33,590 nt of DNA from a virus. Its lineage: Duplodnaviria; Caudoviricetes. Positions 1-8,665 of the stretch are shown here, one piece after another; the stretch's first letter is position 1; every line of letters begins with the position of its first letter. Under the pieces are notes generated by a model, which had not been told where the DNA came from, did not search any database, and saw nothing but the letters and a program-made list of their open reading frames with translations. The DNA is taken from positions 1 through 33,590 of IMG/VR virus record IMGVR_UViG_3300020294_000016; one strand, written 5' to 3'. The translations under genes and the position numbers were made by a program.

Positions 1-746
1 AAGTCCAAATCATCTAGCGATGTATTTAGGAATCCAGCAATGGTTATCCTATCATGATCTATAAACCAGTTATCTTTCATATAAAAGTTATGAAAAAGAG
101 AACTGGGATAAGCTGTAATGCTATTATAGCACATAGTATGAACATGTTCAAGCTTCCAAGGATCATAATCCTCTATCTGGAACCAAGTAGCATCTTGAGA
201 TAAAGTCCTTTCCATATTCTTATGGAACTTCTTTTCAAGATTTCTATCATGCCAATCAAATTCAAACCTAGATCTCTTTCCATTAAAACTCCAGAAACCA
301 GTCTTAACATTCTCTGACTTGGTAATATTAATATTATAAGCAAGTGATGGTTGCCATTCATCAGTATTATCTAGATCTGTATGGGGAAATGTGCATTCCA
401 AATTAGGAAGTTTCATGTTTCCGTTAACACAGTTACCATTCATAGACCAAGTATGAAGATACTTTAGACCTATCAAAGAAGCAAGTGCTTTTGCTACAGG
501 CATACCAAACCAATTAACAATCTCTGGATTAACAAGAGCACTCAAACCTGGTCTAATACAACTGCATGGCTCACTAAAGAATGATGTATCCCACCAATAA
601 CCATTGCGAAAGAACTCTTCAACTCTATCAGGAAATTTCCAAAAGTCATTAGCAACTAGGATGGGTGTATTATTATCCACCCTAAATTCAAACTTAAGAT
701 TATTAACTACAGATATCTCACTCCATAGTCTAGATGCATTATTCAT
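1..746 (-). CDS. 2OG-Fe(II) oxygenase-like protein (DUF6445-like), runs off the left edge; not in the ORF track
   Basis: Manual translation from ATG at 746 (overlapping the g41 end): MNNASRLWSEISVVNNLKFEF...FPHTD...YNSITAYPSSLFHN...DRITIAGFLN. The frame is open to the window edge and has the HxD...H...R pattern of 2OG-Fe(II) oxygenases. Confidence 0.75.
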   Translation of the reverse strand, partial: MNNASRLWSEISVVNNLKFEFRVDNNTPILVANDFWKFPDRVEEFFRNGYWWDTSFFSEPCSCIRPGLSALVNPEIVNWFGMPVAKALASLIGLKYLHTWSMNGNCVNGNMKLPNLECTFPHTDLDNTDEWQPSLAYNINITKSENVKTGFWSFNGKRSRFEFDWHDRNLEKKFHKNMERTLSQDATWFQIEDYDPWKLEHVHTMCYNSITAYPSSLFHNFYMKDNWFIDHDRITIAGFLNTSLDDLD

Positions 747-2121
747 TAAACTGTAATGCAGCAAATTTATTTTTCATATCTATAAACTTTGTCATGGTTG
801 ATTCTTCCTGTCCACTATCTACCAACTCTCCTCCTGCATCTTGAGCACAATCATATAGTCTCATCTTAGCACGATCTATACCCACAACAAATCTCTTATT
901 AAGAGTAGGATCATTATACCTATTCTTCAACTGCTTAACCATAATCTGATTCAATCCCTCTAACTCATCAGTAGAAATAAGAGCAAACATAAGGTCAGCA
1001 GTGGCAGGTAACCCGAAGGATTCAGATGTGTCAGTAAGGTCAACATCACTATTACCATAACCACTACGAGTGGTCTGGGTAGCCGAGACAATAGGAAGAT
1101 TAAACTCCACCGCAAGACCTCGTAACTCTTCCGCAATAGCTTTAATGTATGAGTACGAATTGACCGACCCAAGTTTGTTATATCTTGACGATGCACAGAT
1201 ATTCAAATAGTCTATAAACAGTATATCAGGTTTAAAGGATTTTTTCAACAGCAGTTCATTGAGCAATGCTTTAAAGTGTCCACTATGAGCAGAAGCAGTA
1301 GGATACTCTTTTATTATTAATGATCCCTGTGTCTTCTTAGCAATATTAGTTACCTTATTCTCAAACATCACACGAGGCAATTCATTTATATCTTTAATAT
1401 TGACATCAAGTAAATTAGCATCGATCCTCTCCGCAATCTTTTCCTCTGCCATTTCGAGAGTGATGTATAGGACATTCTTTCCCTGGAGGAGGACACTGCT
1501 AGCCATGTGACACATGAATAAAGACTTTCCAACCCCTGTGCCAGCAAGAGCAATGTTGAGAGTTTTATTCGGAAGACCTCCTTTCGTAATCTTGTTAAAG
1601 AATTCAAGATCAAACGGGATCTTATCTTCCTTCCTGTGGTACGATTCATATCTTTGTTCATAATCCTCTAGATAATCATGTCCTATATGATTATCGAAAG
1701 ACACAGCCAGAGCATCAGACAAAATACTAGGAATAGCATCCCTTCCTTTCTTGTCATCTTGTCCATCGGCAATCTTAATAGAAGACATCAACGCTAAGTA
1801 TATAGCACGATCTCTACACCATTTCTCTGTAGCATCCAGTAACCAATCATCATTGATCTCACTATCTTTCAATGAAGAAATAGTTTCTTGTAATTCTTTT
1901 AACTCTGTCTCTGTAAGATCAGATCTATTCTGTATTTCAATTTCTAAAACTTCTGTAGTAAGAAGTTTATTATACTTGGCAATAAAATCAATAATTTCTT
2001 GACATACTACTTGCTCTGCTCTAATGTCAAAATAGTCAAGGTTAATAAATGGAATAACCTTCCTAGCATAGTCTTCATTGTGAATCAGATTCCTAAGAAT
2101 CGTTAGTTCAAGTCTTTCCAT
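739..2121 (-). CDS. g41: Replicative DnaB-like helicase, T4 gp41 homolog
   Basis: Walker A AGTGVGKS, YITLEM, IDYL, ATQTTR and QLKNRY motifs. Start at MERLE (2121) preferred over 2133. Confidence 0.97.
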   Translation of the reverse strand: MERLELTILRNLIHNEDYARKVIPFINLDYFDIRAEQVVCQEIIDFIAKYNKLLTTEVLEIEIQNRSDLTETELKELQETISSLKDSEINDDWLLDATEKWCRDRAIYLALMSSIKIADGQDDKKGRDAIPSILSDALAVSFDNHIGHDYLEDYEQRYESYHRKEDKIPFDLEFFNKITKGGLPNKTLNIALAGTGVGKSLFMCHMASSVLLQGKNVLYITLEMAEEKIAERIDANLLDVNIKDINELPRVMFENKVTNIAKKTQGSLIIKEYPTASAHSGHFKALLNELLLKKSFKPDILFIDYLNICASSRYNKLGSVNSYSYIKAIAEELRGLAVEFNLPIVSATQTTRSGYGNSDVDLTDTSESFGLPATADLMFALISTDELEGLNQIMVKQLKNRYNDPTLNKRFVVGIDRAKMRLYDCAQDAGGELVDSGQEESTMTKFIDMKNKFAALQFNE

Positions 2122-2779
2122 AACCACAAACAAATGATATACTCACTCTCTTTTTATTTTCTTTAAAAGGAGTGACAGTGTGAATAAGATACGAAGGGAA
2201 GAATATTAACAATCCAGAAACAGGGTAAGTATAATAAGCATCAAAAGTATATGGACTTGGAGTATCTGGATCTTTAATAAGAGTATTCTTTAATCCATAT
2301 GAAGGATCTTGAAAATATAAAGATCCACCTTTTTCCCCATCCCATGTACCTGGCCTAATAATAGCATTCGGATCATAATTAAAATAACATTCGTTACTTT
2401 TTGTTAGATAATCTACAGGATAATAAACACCAGACAAAGCAGCTTTGCCATGATGATGTCCTAGATTGAAATCACCAGATTCATTTATGTTTGCCCACAA
2501 TCTCTCACAAGATAGTCCTTGTAAAAAACCATGATGTTTACAAAAATGATTTGCCCACTTCTCTATTATAACACGCAACTCACCAAAACTGCCATAATCA
2601 TTCTCTAAACCACTTTTACTATGCCACCCACCCATATTACTACGAGTTTTTCCTTTAACATCTTTTTGATTCTCTGTTAAAATATCAGTTAATAGACTTA
2701 CATCCATCTTATGATTTTTATCAAGAAAATTATAAATTGCTATTGGTATAGGAAATAACGGTAAACACTTAGGATCCAT
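2108..2779 (-). CDS. 2OG-Fe(II) oxygenase-like protein (TIGR02466-like)
   Basis: LFPIPI N-terminus, SNMGGWHS, WANIN, HHH...LSGVYY, GGSLYFQDP, FFPSYLIHTV, RVSISF. Start at MDPK (2779) preferred. Confidence 0.88.
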   Translation of the reverse strand: MDPKCLPLFPIPIAIYNFLDKNHKMDVSLLTDILTENQKDVKGKTRSNMGGWHSKSGLENDYGSFGELRVIIEKWANHFCKHHGFLQGLSCERLWANINESGDFNLGHHHGKAALSGVYYPVDYLTKSNECYFNYDPNAIIRPGTWDGEKGGSLYFQDPSYGLKNTLIKDPDTPSPYTFDAYYTYPVSGLLIFFPSYLIHTVTPFKENKKRVSISFVCGYGKT

Positions 2780-3773
2780 AACTAAACTCTTTCTGTGCAG
2801 TCTCATCTAAAGCCTGCATAACCTCAGGTGTAAAGTACTTCTCTGGGTTCTTGTATATCTCTTTAGCATATACTTTCTTGCCGTTCATTTCATAACGACC
2901 AGCAACATTTTTCCATAGTCCACCTATCTCACCAAGATCTAAGAGACCATAATACTTGTCCAATCCTCGGTCATCATAGAACAGGCGAACAGTAACATCT
3001 TTATTCTCCTTACTTAAACGAGACTTTGATGTCTTAGCTTTGATAAGATTTCCGATGACATCTTTACCGTCTTTCTCTTTCTTTTTCGTGAGGTAAATGA
3101 TCGTACTAGAAGCGTACTTAAGACCACTACCGCCCCCCATTTCTTTAGTTGGTACATAGGCTCCAATAACATCATAAGTGTGGTTAGTAACTATCATAGG
3201 TATATTAGCCTGACCGAGTTTCAATGTCAACATTCTAAAAGCACCTTTAACAAGTTGTGATTTAGTCATGTCACGAACTTGCTTGTCTTCTAAAGCATCA
3301 TTAATTTCTTTCTCAGTAGACAACATCCCAAGTGAGTCTAGCACAAACATACATGGTTTGCGATCCTCTGTTTTGGTCTTAAGATATATATCAACTGCTT
3401 TAAGTGCCTTGCTTCTGAACTGTTCAATTGTTACTACATTAAGTACTACAAAACGAGTAGTATCAATACCACGATTTTCTAACAATGATTTAGATATAGC
3501 ACTCTCAGTATCAAAGTAGAGGCAGTAAGCATCGGGATCAGAATCAAGAAAGTTCTTAACCACAGCGAGAGAGAAAAAAGTTTTTCCAGTGCTAGACTCT
3601 CCAGCAATAGCAGTAATCTTATTGCTAGATACACCACCAAATATGCTACCTGATACGAGTCCGTTAAAAATGTACGAACCTGTATCAACATATCTTTCAG
3701 TCTCGTCAATATCGGCTGCGAGTTTGGTGTAGTCATCACCGATCTCCTTTACAATGTCCTTCAAAAAATCCAT
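2769..3773 (-). CDS. uvsX: RecA-like recombinase UvsX
   Basis: Walker A GESSTGKT, YFDTE, VLDSLG, GGGSGLKY motifs; syntenic with g41 and g43. Confidence 0.97.
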   Translation of the reverse strand: MDFLKDIVKEIGDDYTKLAADIDETERYVDTGSYIFNGLVSGSIFGGVSSNKITAIAGESSTGKTFFSLAVVKNFLDSDPDAYCLYFDTESAISKSLLENRGIDTTRFVVLNVVTIEQFRSKALKAVDIYLKTKTEDRKPCMFVLDSLGMLSTEKEINDALEDKQVRDMTKSQLVKGAFRMLTLKLGQANIPMIVTNHTYDVIGAYVPTKEMGGGSGLKYASSTIIYLTKKKEKDGKDVIGNLIKAKTSKSRLSKENKDVTVRLFYDDRGLDKYYGLLDLGEIGGLWKNVAGRYEMNGKKVYAKEIYKNPEKYFTPEVMQALDETAQKEFSYGS

Positions 3774-3775
3774 AA

Positions 3776-3943
3776 TTAATCTTTTCGTTTTGGTGTGTGT
3801 CCGTGTGCTATTCCTAGTTCATGCATTTTAGCATGTTCATCAATAGGATCACGCAGCTCTGTTTTTCCTGGTCCAAAGGTGAGATAAACTCCATACCCTA
3901 ATATAAAAAATAGTAATCCTACTATTATAAACACTAATATCAT
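3776..3943 (-). CDS. psbN: PsbN-like small membrane protein (55 aa) with a His-rich C-terminal extension; not in the ORF track
   Basis: Manual translation MILVFIIVGLLFFILGYGVYLTFGPGKTELRDPIDEHAKMHELGIAHGHTPKRKD: one TM helix followed by GYxxY..FG....LRDPxxEH, the PsbN signature. Confidence 0.75.
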   Translation of the reverse strand: MILVFIIVGLLFFILGYGVYLTFGPGKTELRDPIDEHAKMHELGIAHGHTPKRKD

Positions 3944-3982
3944 AGCACATCCAAAGCAATTAATAAAGTATATATGTACATA

Positions 3983-4723
3983 CTAATAAAGATTCTCATA
4001 ATATTCTATGGGTTTCATATACCCACCACAATCAGGATAATCCATTAAAATATTATTCTTTAATTCATCTGAATAAGGACAAGAATCCTGACAAATTCTA
4101 CACATTTTATCAGGATGTCTAAAAAGATCAACATCGTCAACAAAGTTACTACACTTTTCCCAATCTATCAATTTAAAATTCATCCTACATCCTACAGGAC
4201 AACTTGATTCGCATGGTGCAGAACATCCAATACAATTTTTATACACAGGATTATCTTCTTCAACAACTGTATATTTTTTAAATTTTAAATTGGTAAATAT
4301 TAAATCAAATTTACAATTTAATCCAAATCTTTTATCAAATACTAAAGAAGGTTTTGTAAGACGACCTGCTCCTGATCTCATTGCATATTCCTTTCTATCC
4401 AAAATATAATCATCATAATCAAACCATATTTGATCTTGATTATATTTTTTATTTAAATGAGAAACAATCCTCGGTAATATTTCTTTCTGAAAAAAGTAAT
4501 CAGCTGCTACATGTGAAAATATTCTAAGTACCAAAACTGAATTAGCTTTACTTATCAATGAAATTATTCTATTATCAAAAGAATTCTCTTGAGTATGATC
4601 CCTATATCTCTGACTCTTACTTTCTTCCTTTAGGGTAGTAATTGAAAATTCATATAAGAAATTAGTATAATCTTTAGTAATTTCCTTTATGTCATTTTCA
4701 ATTACTGCCCAATCAAATATCAT
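3983..4723 (-). CDS. QueG (epoxyqueuosine reductase)/reductive dehalogenase-like double [4Fe-4S] protein
   Basis: CIGCSAPCESSCP...C...CRICQDSCP cysteine set. KANSVLV, ADYF and RKEYAMRSGAGRLTKPSLVFDKRFG parallel the QueG AKSVIV, DYH and AERAGLGWIGKNxLL...G segments. Confidence 0.7.
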   Translation of the reverse strand: MIFDWAVIENDIKEITKDYTNFLYEFSITTLKEESKSQRYRDHTQENSFDNRIISLISKANSVLVLRIFSHVAADYFFQKEILPRIVSHLNKKYNQDQIWFDYDDYILDRKEYAMRSGAGRLTKPSLVFDKRFGLNCKFDLIFTNLKFKKYTVVEEDNPVYKNCIGCSAPCESSCPVGCRMNFKLIDWEKCSNFVDDVDLFRHPDKMCRICQDSCPYSDELKNNILMDYPDCGGYMKPIEYYENLY

Positions 4724-4866
4724 ACAATTTCTGTAAGCAATTGCTTACCACCATCTTCTCTAGTTTCCTTAACCAGTTTAAGTTTTTGAAACAATGCAGT
4801 ATCACCACCTAAGGTGAGTGCTCTGACAATAGTGTCTAGTTCTTTGTCGTTGATAGGTAATTCCAT
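4720..4866 (-). CDS. Small hypothetical protein (48 aa, MELPINDKELDTIVRALTLGGDTALFQKLK...)
   Basis: ATG at 4866 overlaps the g43 stop (TAATG), and its stop overlaps the next ATG, indicating translational coupling on both sides. Confidence 0.7.
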   Translation of the reverse strand: MELPINDKELDTIVRALTLGGDTALFQKLKLVKETREDGGKQLLTEIV

Positions 4867-7355
4867 TAGGTAAAGAAAGCCTCTAGGTTTGCGGTTCGTT
4901 CCACCTGCCATCCAATAGAGTCCAGTATGATCCGTAAAGGTTCAAGAAAACTCTTATTGAATTGTAAGTCATGGTCGATATACTGATCGATCCCTAACTC
5001 TTTGGGGAAGTCTTGTATAAACGAGATAACATTCTCATGTATCTTGTTTGGTTTTTTTAGGTAGCAGAATTTAATCTTCTCACCATTGCTTATTAACGAA
5101 TACTTATTCGTCAACTTTTTCTCCTTGATGTAGTGATTGAAGAGCAAAGCACCCCGAACATGTATCGGTGTGCCTTTAGTATAAATCATGCTTGCCGATT
5201 TATATTTAGTGACATCAGAAACTGACCTTGGGAATGCTATTTCCTCAGGTGGGAGATTCCTAAATTTTCTACGACTAGCAGCAATGAAATTAATAACATC
5301 ATCCTCTGTACCATTCATCATAAGTTTAAGAGCATCCTTAATCATAGTACGACAAGGTGCAGGTGTAGATGATTTAACTGCCTCTATACCCATCATCTTC
5401 AACTTAGGCTCGTTGTATTGAACTCCTTCACTATTCCATACATTTAGAATGTATCTCTTCTTAGCAGTCCATATACCCCTCTCTGCGATGTTCTCTCTTT
5501 TCATGAACATCTTTTGATCATAAGCACTAACATACTCTGCTAGTTCCTTGTAGGACTGATCGATGAAGGGTTCAAATTTCTCCTCACAAATTGTATCAAG
5601 AAACGGGACAATCTTAGCAGGATCTCTTTCTTTATCCTTATAGACAACATCCACCAGAGGACCAAGATTAAGGTAGATACTATCAGTATCACTAGCAATA
5701 ACATAATCAGTACCCTCCGTTTTAAGTATCTTATTTAAATAATTATTAATCTTATTCTCTATCCATCTAATACTAACCTGTCCTGATAGAGTTATTGCCT
5801 CTGCATTTGCTAATTTATAATACCTGAAGTACTGATTGCCGATAGCACCATAAGCAGAATTAAGAGATATTTTCTTCGCCATTTGTATGTTGTTGCATCT
5901 TGAAATCTCTTTAACAAGATCTTGCGTTGGTGTCTTCTCGTATTTCTTCTTGGCATCGATCATCCTCTTTTTAAAAATTACACGCTCGTTGTACATCTTC
6001 TCCATGAGTTCAGGTAAGAACCCACGAACATCTTTTCTATACTGTGCTCCATTAGCACAAGTAGCATACTGACTATCTACCTGAGTCTCCTTATTCAGGA
6101 TCCTCTCAACGCTCGCACTGGGACATCTAGCCTCCCTGAGGGTCTCTGGTGAGATATTGTATTGCATAATAAGATGAGGGTACAGGCTATTGAGGTCAAA
6201 ATTAACCACCCAATCATAGCGTCCTGGTTTCGGTTCCTTGACATAAGCTCCTGCGTACTTTTCATCCTTGTCGGATCTCTCCTTCGGTGGGATGACGATG
6301 TTCCGCTTTTTAAGATAATTGTATATGATGTTGTCCCACATTCGGACTTGATAAAACACATCAGCGTAATTAACCTTGGCATCATATGCCATAGTCAATG
6401 CCAACTCAATGAGTTTCATCTTGTCTTCCAGACGGTCAACAAGTTCCACATCAATTATATTATACTCTACGAATTTTTGCCAACCCTTTGTGTAGAAATC
6501 TTGAAATGTGTCGAACTCAGAGTGGTCTAACTTCTTCTGACCTAGTTCTACACTAGCAATATAATCCAGTCGGTATGACTCTTGATTTGTATAAGTAAAC
6601 TTCTTATAGAGATCAAGGTAATCTAACTGAGTTATACCACCAATATCATATGTCTGATATTGACGACCTTTAATATAAATTTCTTTAGGAGATACCAATC
6701 CCCAAGGTGACAATCTCCTAGCAAGTTTCTCACCAAGAACTCTATCTAATCTCCTAGCAATATAAGGTATATCAAATAATTGTATGTTCCATCCAGTCAC
6801 AATGTCTGGAGTATTATCCATCCACCACTGAATGAAACTACTCAGTAAATCATGCTCATTATTAAACTGTATGTAACGAACATTCTCTTGCTTATTTTTA
6901 AATGATCCTATACCCCATGTTGTAATCTCTTTGGTATTATAATCTTGTATAGAGATCAATAAGATCTCTTGATCAGCAGATTCTACATCAGGGAATCCAT
7001 TCTCAGATCTAGTCTCAATATCAATAGTATATAAACGGATCTTACTTATATCAAACTTAATCTCATCCTCAGGATAACTATCAGCAATGTACTGATAAAT
7101 GAATCTATCCTGACCATAGATAGGAAAATTATCTACAAACTCATACTGCTTTATAAACTCTCTTGACTCTCTAACAGTACCTGGTTTAATCTTCTCAACA
7201 TACTTACCTTCAAGAGTTTTATAATTAGTTTTTTTCTTTGCAGGTACAAACAAAGTAGGAGAGTACTTCTCTCTAACTTGGAAGTACTCTCCTTTATCGT
7301 ACCCACGAACGAGGAAGTTGTCCCCGATCATAACTACATTTGTATAAAACTTCAT
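4866..7355 (-). CDS. g43: Family B DNA polymerase, T4 gp43 homolog
   Basis: ExoI DIET, ExoII GWNIQLFD, ExoIII YNIIDV; polymerase motifs DLNSLYP, KISLNSAYG, SDTDS. Uninterrupted. Confidence 0.98.
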   Translation of the reverse strand: MKFYTNVVMIGDNFLVRGYDKGEYFQVREKYSPTLFVPAKKKTNYKTLEGKYVEKIKPGTVRESREFIKQYEFVDNFPIYGQDRFIYQYIADSYPEDEIKFDISKIRLYTIDIETRSENGFPDVESADQEILLISIQDYNTKEITTWGIGSFKNKQENVRYIQFNNEHDLLSSFIQWWMDNTPDIVTGWNIQLFDIPYIARRLDRVLGEKLARRLSPWGLVSPKEIYIKGRQYQTYDIGGITQLDYLDLYKKFTYTNQESYRLDYIASVELGQKKLDHSEFDTFQDFYTKGWQKFVEYNIIDVELVDRLEDKMKLIELALTMAYDAKVNYADVFYQVRMWDNIIYNYLKKRNIVIPPKERSDKDEKYAGAYVKEPKPGRYDWVVNFDLNSLYPHLIMQYNISPETLREARCPSASVERILNKETQVDSQYATCANGAQYRKDVRGFLPELMEKMYNERVIFKKRMIDAKKKYEKTPTQDLVKEISRCNNIQMAKKISLNSAYGAIGNQYFRYYKLANAEAITLSGQVSIRWIENKINNYLNKILKTEGTDYVIASDTDSIYLNLGPLVDVVYKDKERDPAKIVPFLDTICEEKFEPFIDQSYKELAEYVSAYDQKMFMKRENIAERGIWTAKKRYILNVWNSEGVQYNEPKLKMMGIEAVKSSTPAPCRTMIKDALKLMMNGTEDDVINFIAASRRKFRNLPPEEIAFPRSVSDVTKYKSASMIYTKGTPIHVRGALLFNHYIKEKKLTNKYSLISNGEKIKFCYLKKPNKIHENVISFIQDFPKELGIDQYIDHDLQFNKSFLEPLRIILDSIGWQVERTANLEAFFT

Positions 7356-7630
7356 TCAGATATAAGTTCCTCGTATGCTTTTAAAAGCTGAGGTTCTGGA
7401 TCAACTACAGTTAGTATAGCATCGGATGAGATCATACACTTGTGTTGTTGTGTCACTCCTTTACCTGGCCACCTCTGTAACCTATTCTTCCAATCCTCTT
7501 CACCCAATCGAAATTCAACTGGATCTTCTAGTTCACAATCAGGTTCACCAACTTCAGCACCAACTTCTCTTATCTTAGAGACTAATACTTTAGCATCATT
7601 TTTTAGAACAAGAACTTTAATTGTTGCCAT
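7352..7630 (-). CDS. Hypothetical protein (92 aa)
   Basis: ATGA overlap with g43; similar layout to the upstream 104-aa ORF. Confidence 0.8.
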   Translation of the reverse strand: MATIKVLVLKNDAKVLVSKIREVGAEVGEPDCELEDPVEFRLGEEDWKNRLQRWPGKGVTQQHKCMISSDAILTVVDPEPQLLKAYEELISE

Positions 7631-7931
7631 CGGTTAACTCCTGATACATGGTTTTTAAATCGTTTACTGGTTCACAAACAGTAGTTACTGTTGCTGGATT
7701 AATTATGTAAGTACTATCTTCAGAAATATCCATCCAACTTTTGAGTCCCACTTTTTTTACCTGTGATTCAGTGTCACCCTTTTCTTCTTTAAGAGTTACT
7801 TCAGGAGTATAAACTATTTGAAAAGGTTTAGTAATAAGATACTGTGTTGCTCTATCAGTTGGATCAATAACTTCTTTTAAATCAGAAAGAAGTTGAGTTC
7901 CATCATTTAATATAGTGACTTTAATTGACAT
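7617..7931 (-). CDS. Hypothetical protein (104 aa)
   Basis: ORF directly downstream of a CTAAATA late-promoter-like box; overlaps the next gene. Confidence 0.8.
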   Translation of the reverse strand: MSIKVTILNDGTQLLSDLKEVIDPTDRATQYLITKPFQIVYTPEVTLKEEKGDTESQVKKVGLKSWMDISEDSTYIINPATVTTVCEPVNDLKTMYQELTDGNN

Positions 7932-7943
7932 CTTTTTTTGGAA

Positions 7944-7950
7944 TATTTAG
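7944..7950 (-). promoter_or_regulatory. gp55-dependent late promoter candidate (CTAAATA)
   Basis: Variant of the T4 TATAAATA late box, 12 nt before the ATG at 7931. Confidence 0.6.
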
Positions 7951-7953
7951 GGT

Positions 7954-8130
7954 GGGAGGTAGGGATAAATGTTTACCTACAAGTGAGGGGCATTGCTACA
8001 TTGAGTAGATTTTTACCGCACTGTATACGACCCGATTGGTAAATCGATTCTGGAGACTCCTCCAGCGAGCACCACCTCTGTCGCATCACCTTAACCAGCC
8101 TTATGCCAGCAAGTTTATTCAGTCACTCCC
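7954..8130 (-). ncRNA. Large structured RNA, probably the cyanophage manA RNA motif or a relative
   Basis: GC-richer ORF-free interval closed by GGGAG/CUCCC. Internal stems: AUGCGAC/GUCGUAU, CUGGAG/CUCCAG, CGAUU/AAUCG, CUAC/GUAG, GUAGG/CCUAC. The family name is from recollection, not verified. Confidence 0.7.
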
Positions 8131-8157
8131 GTGTTAGGCGATCAACCTAACAAAGAT

Positions 8158-8186
8158 ATTATACATTAAAAAAGGGGGTATGTAAA
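8158..8186 (-). promoter_or_regulatory. Sigma70-type promoter TTTACA-N17-TATAAT driving the structured RNA
   Basis: -35 at 8186-8181 and -10 at 8163-8158 with an exact 17-nt spacer; overlaps the hsp20 terminator. Confidence 0.7.
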
Positions 8187-8193
8187 CCCCCTT
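8168..8193 (-). terminator. Rho-independent terminator after hsp20
   Basis: AAGGGGGT-ttacat-ACCCCCTT followed by a T tract, just after the hsp20 stop. Confidence 0.85.
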
Positions 8194-8196
8194 GTG

Positions 8197-8625
8197 TTAG
8201 ATCCAGTCTTTACGAGCGTGATGATCTGGTATGATCTTACCAAGTGTGACAGTTAGTAATCCGTCTTCAAACAAGACTTCTTTGACTACTGTTTCATCAG
8301 CGATAGTCCAGTTTCTAGTAAAGGATCTTTGTGCTAGTCCCCTATGTGTATAGTTTTCCTCTTCCTTCTCTTCCTTCTTACCTTCTACAACAAGTTTACC
8401 ATACTCTGTATAAACTTTAACCTCATCCTTTTTGAATCCTGCTAGAGCAATCTCTAATCTAGATTCGGTATTGTTTACTTGGATGAGATTATAAGGTGGG
8501 TAATTAGATTGTGTTTGTAGATCGAAGAAACGATCAAAATAATTGTCGAGTCCTATGCTGTTCTTGGTGATCTTATCCATAAGATCAGGCAAACTTTCAG
8601 CATGAAATCTTTGTATGTTAGACAT
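8197..8625 (-). CDS. hsp20: Small heat shock protein (Hsp20/IbpA family)
   Basis: NYPPYN, LEIALAGF, HRGLAQRSF, FEDGLLTV alpha-crystallin motifs; strong SD AAGGAGG before the ATG at 8625. Confidence 0.96.
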   Translation of the reverse strand: MSNIQRFHAESLPDLMDKITKNSIGLDNYFDRFFDLQTQSNYPPYNLIQVNNTESRLEIALAGFKKDEVKVYTEYGKLVVEGKKEEKEEENYTHRGLAQRSFTRNWTIADETVVKEVLFEDGLLTVTLGKIIPDHHARKDWI

Positions 8626-8665
8626 AATAGCCTCCTTTAAAAGCGAGTGTTTAATTTTGAATCCC

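Noticed and set aside
173-361. 62-aa minus-strand ORF in the track
   Set aside because: Off-frame inside the longer oxygenase-like gene at 1-746.
4866-7355. Possible intein, intron, split or altered motifs in DNA polymerase
   Set aside because: Length and motifs are ordinary for a gp43 homolog; no insertion is seen.
7954-8130. tRNA or group I intron interpretation of the structured region
   Set aside because: No cloverleaf with a TTC loop or CCA end, and it does not interrupt a gene.
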